Below are positions 62,020 to 64,000 of a stretch of 64,000 bases of DNA, in pieces. A program made the position numbers and the translations under genes. The notes under the pieces are model-generated. The model did no database searches. It was given only the letters and a program-made list of their open reading frames with translations, and was not told the origin of the DNA. Every line of letters starts with the position of its first letter. Position 1 is the stretch's first letter. This DNA comes from Mustelus asterias (lineage: Eukaryota), in contig NW_027590160.1 of NCBI RefSeq assembly GCF_964213995.1, positions 1 to 64,000 of the forward strand, written 5' to 3'.

Positions 62020-62575
62020 AGCCCCGCCCCCATTCACTCTGATTGTTGGAGGACCAGCCGCTCCCGCTCGGTCCTCCAGCCCCGCCCCCTTTTCCTTGGT
62101 CCGGAACCGCTGTCAATCACTGTCCGGTCATTGTGATGTGGAGCATGCGCAGTGCCGCTGGGAGCTCAGGATTGCGGCGGTGGGAATTTTCAGCGGATCC
62201 GACGCCGCCGGGTGGGGAATGAGGGGGGGATGGAGCCGGCGGGTGGGTAATGAGGGGGGGATGGAGCCGGGGGGTGGGTTCGAGGCTTCATAAACACCCC
62301 GTGTCGGCCCCAAGCACCGAATACAAAGCTCGGGTGCGGGTTGTGAAGCGGGGAAATCAGCTCCCGCTTTTCCCCGGAACAGACCCAGAATCCCCGCCGC
62401 CGTCTTTATCGGGAGCCTCTCCGGCTCGGCGCATGCGCACTGAGGAAGCATCGAGCGAGGCTCCTCCCCTCATTCACTCCGATTGGTTGGAGGACCAGCC
62501 GCTCCCGCTCGGTCCTCCAGCCTCGCCGCCTCTTCCTATTGGTCCGGACCTGCTGTCAATCACCCCGGGGCATTG
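62020..62575 (+). promoter_or_regulatory. Two direct type I promoter cassettes (unit 9)
   Basis: Cassettes at about 62020-62155 and 62465-62575; GCGCATGCGCA at about 62429. Confidence 0.65.
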
Positions 62576-62679
62576 TGAGGTGGGCGGGGAGGATTCACAA
62601 ACACCCGCTGGAGGCCCCAACACCCCCAATAAGACCCATTGGTTTTATTGTCAGTCTGCAGACAGGAGCTGGAGAACTG

Positions 62680-62817
62680 TTCACAATAAGAAGTCTCAAC
62701 ACCAGGTTAAAGACCAACAGGTTTATTTGGTAGCAAATGCCATAAGCTTTCAGAGCGCTGCTCCTTCGTCAGATGGAGTCTGTGTTCACCCCAGTCCAAC
62801 GCCGGCATCTCCACATC
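62680..62817 (-). mobile_element. 138-bp Penelope-type insertion with 7-bp target-site duplication
   Basis: AGAACTG at 62673-62679 and 62818-62824; single AGAACTG in the paralog at 27831-27837. Confidence 0.75.
62740..62776 (-). ncRNA. Minimal type I hammerhead ribozyme motif
   Basis: Minus strand CCAT-CTGACGA-A-GGAGC(AGC)GCTCT-GAAA-GCT-T-ATGG. Confidence 0.65.
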
Positions 62818-63372
62818 AGAACTGAACACAGGCAGAGGAGAGGGAGGGAGAAAACTGGGGGTGGAGGAAAGAAATGGTAGAGATGGGTTTGGATTTCAGC
62901 CCAGGGAGGAGGGAGAGTGTGTGGGATGGGGATTTCCAGATTTGGGGGAACAAGAGAGGAAAAAATGTTCCAGAGAAACTAGAATTGTCTGTTCAGAATT
63001 TCTATCCTGGACTGACGGTGATGACTTTTGTAAACTCTTTTTACGGGATCTTAGAAACGATGATTGCAGATGGGAAACTCAAACCAAACTTAAGTTTGAC
63101 AGTCAGTTGGTTCATCATGACCTGAATATCATCACCTTTGAGGTTGAAAGGATAATTGTTCGTTTGTTCTGTCTGAGGGAAAATATTTTAAACATCAGTG
63201 TTACTGGAAAAGCACCAAGAGACACACGCACAGCTGAGTGAGAATGTTCCAGTGAACTGATTGCAGAAAGAGCTTTAACCAGTTCCACAGCCTGATAAAA
63301 CATCACACCATTCACAGTGTGGACGAGCCTTCAACTAATCATCCAACCTGGAGAGACACAAGGACACCGGCA

Positions 63373-64000
63373 CCATGGAACTGTGAGGACTGTGGGAAAG
63401 AATTCAGTTATAGATCCCAGCTGGAATACCATAGACACAGTCACAGTGGGGCCGATGCCTTGGAGAAACCGTGGAAATGTGAGGATTGTGGGAAAGGATT
63501 CAATTACCCATCCCTGTTGGACAACCACTGGCACACTCACACTGGGGAGCGGCCATTCACCTGTTCTGTGTGTGGAAAGGGATTTACTCAGCCAACCGGC
63601 CTCATGTTACACCAGCGCATTCACACTGAGGAGATGCTGTTCAGCTGCACTCACTGTGGAAAAAGGTTCAGGTCTTCATCAGACCTCAGTCAACATCATC
63701 GCGTTCACACTGGGGAGAAACCATTCACCTGCTCCATGTGTGGGAAGGGATTCACAAAGTCCTCCAACCTGGTGACACACCAGCAAATTCACTCTGAGGA
63801 GAAGCCGTTCAGCTGCACTTTCTGTGGAAAGAGGTTCAGGTATTCACACAGCCTCGAAGAACACCAGCGAATTCACACTGGGGAGAAGCCTTTCACCTGT
63901 TCAGTCTGTGGACAGGGATTCACTCAGTCATCCAGTCTGGTGAATCATCAGCGAGTTCACACTGGGGAGAGGCCATTCAGCTGCACCTCCTGTGGGAAGA
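63373..64000 (+). CDS. C2H2 zinc-finger ORF (unit 9), at least 7 fingers, truncated by the window end; canonical start lost
   Basis: Frame open from [11 protein letters not shown] to the window end; first in-frame ATG only at 63604; TTG-GAG-AAA-CCG at 63460. Confidence 0.7.

Overview
Vertebrate DNA, most likely a cartilaginous fish (inferred from HE1-type V-SINEs, Deu-type SINEs and shark-type CR1 and Penelope repeats). The window is a tandem C2H2 zinc-finger gene cluster with nine ZNF units. Five have intact 6-12 finger ORFs, three are frameshifted or truncated, and one runs off the window end; an extra in-frame 5-finger segment sits behind one gene. No KRAB, SCAN or BTB domain is visible. 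The units are built from reused modules: GC-box/CCAAT/NRF1/YY1 promoter cassettes, a non-coding leader made of decayed fingers, and shared 3' flanks, including a large inverted segmental duplication (about 14.6-19.0 kb vs 39.3-52.3 kb). Interspersed are one apparently intact CR1 LINE, a second full-length but broken CR1, many CR1, Rex1 and Tx1 fragments, about 12 SINEs, a tRNA-Val pseudogene and a 3.85-kb G-rich satellite with a higher-order repeat. Top leads: (1) three distinct CR1 copies end ORF1 with an in-frame U_UUA_AAC-stop heptamer followed by ORF2 in the -1 frame, a candidate programmed -1 frameshift; (2) minimal hammerhead ribozymes with covarying stem I in short Penelope-type repeats; (3) a stop codon at the same leader position in all nine ZNF paralogs, plus a single UGA separating a 12-finger ORF from 5 more in-frame fingers; (4) a Tx1 5' end just downstream of a tRNA-Val copy. 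Repeat boundaries were read by eye and are approximate.
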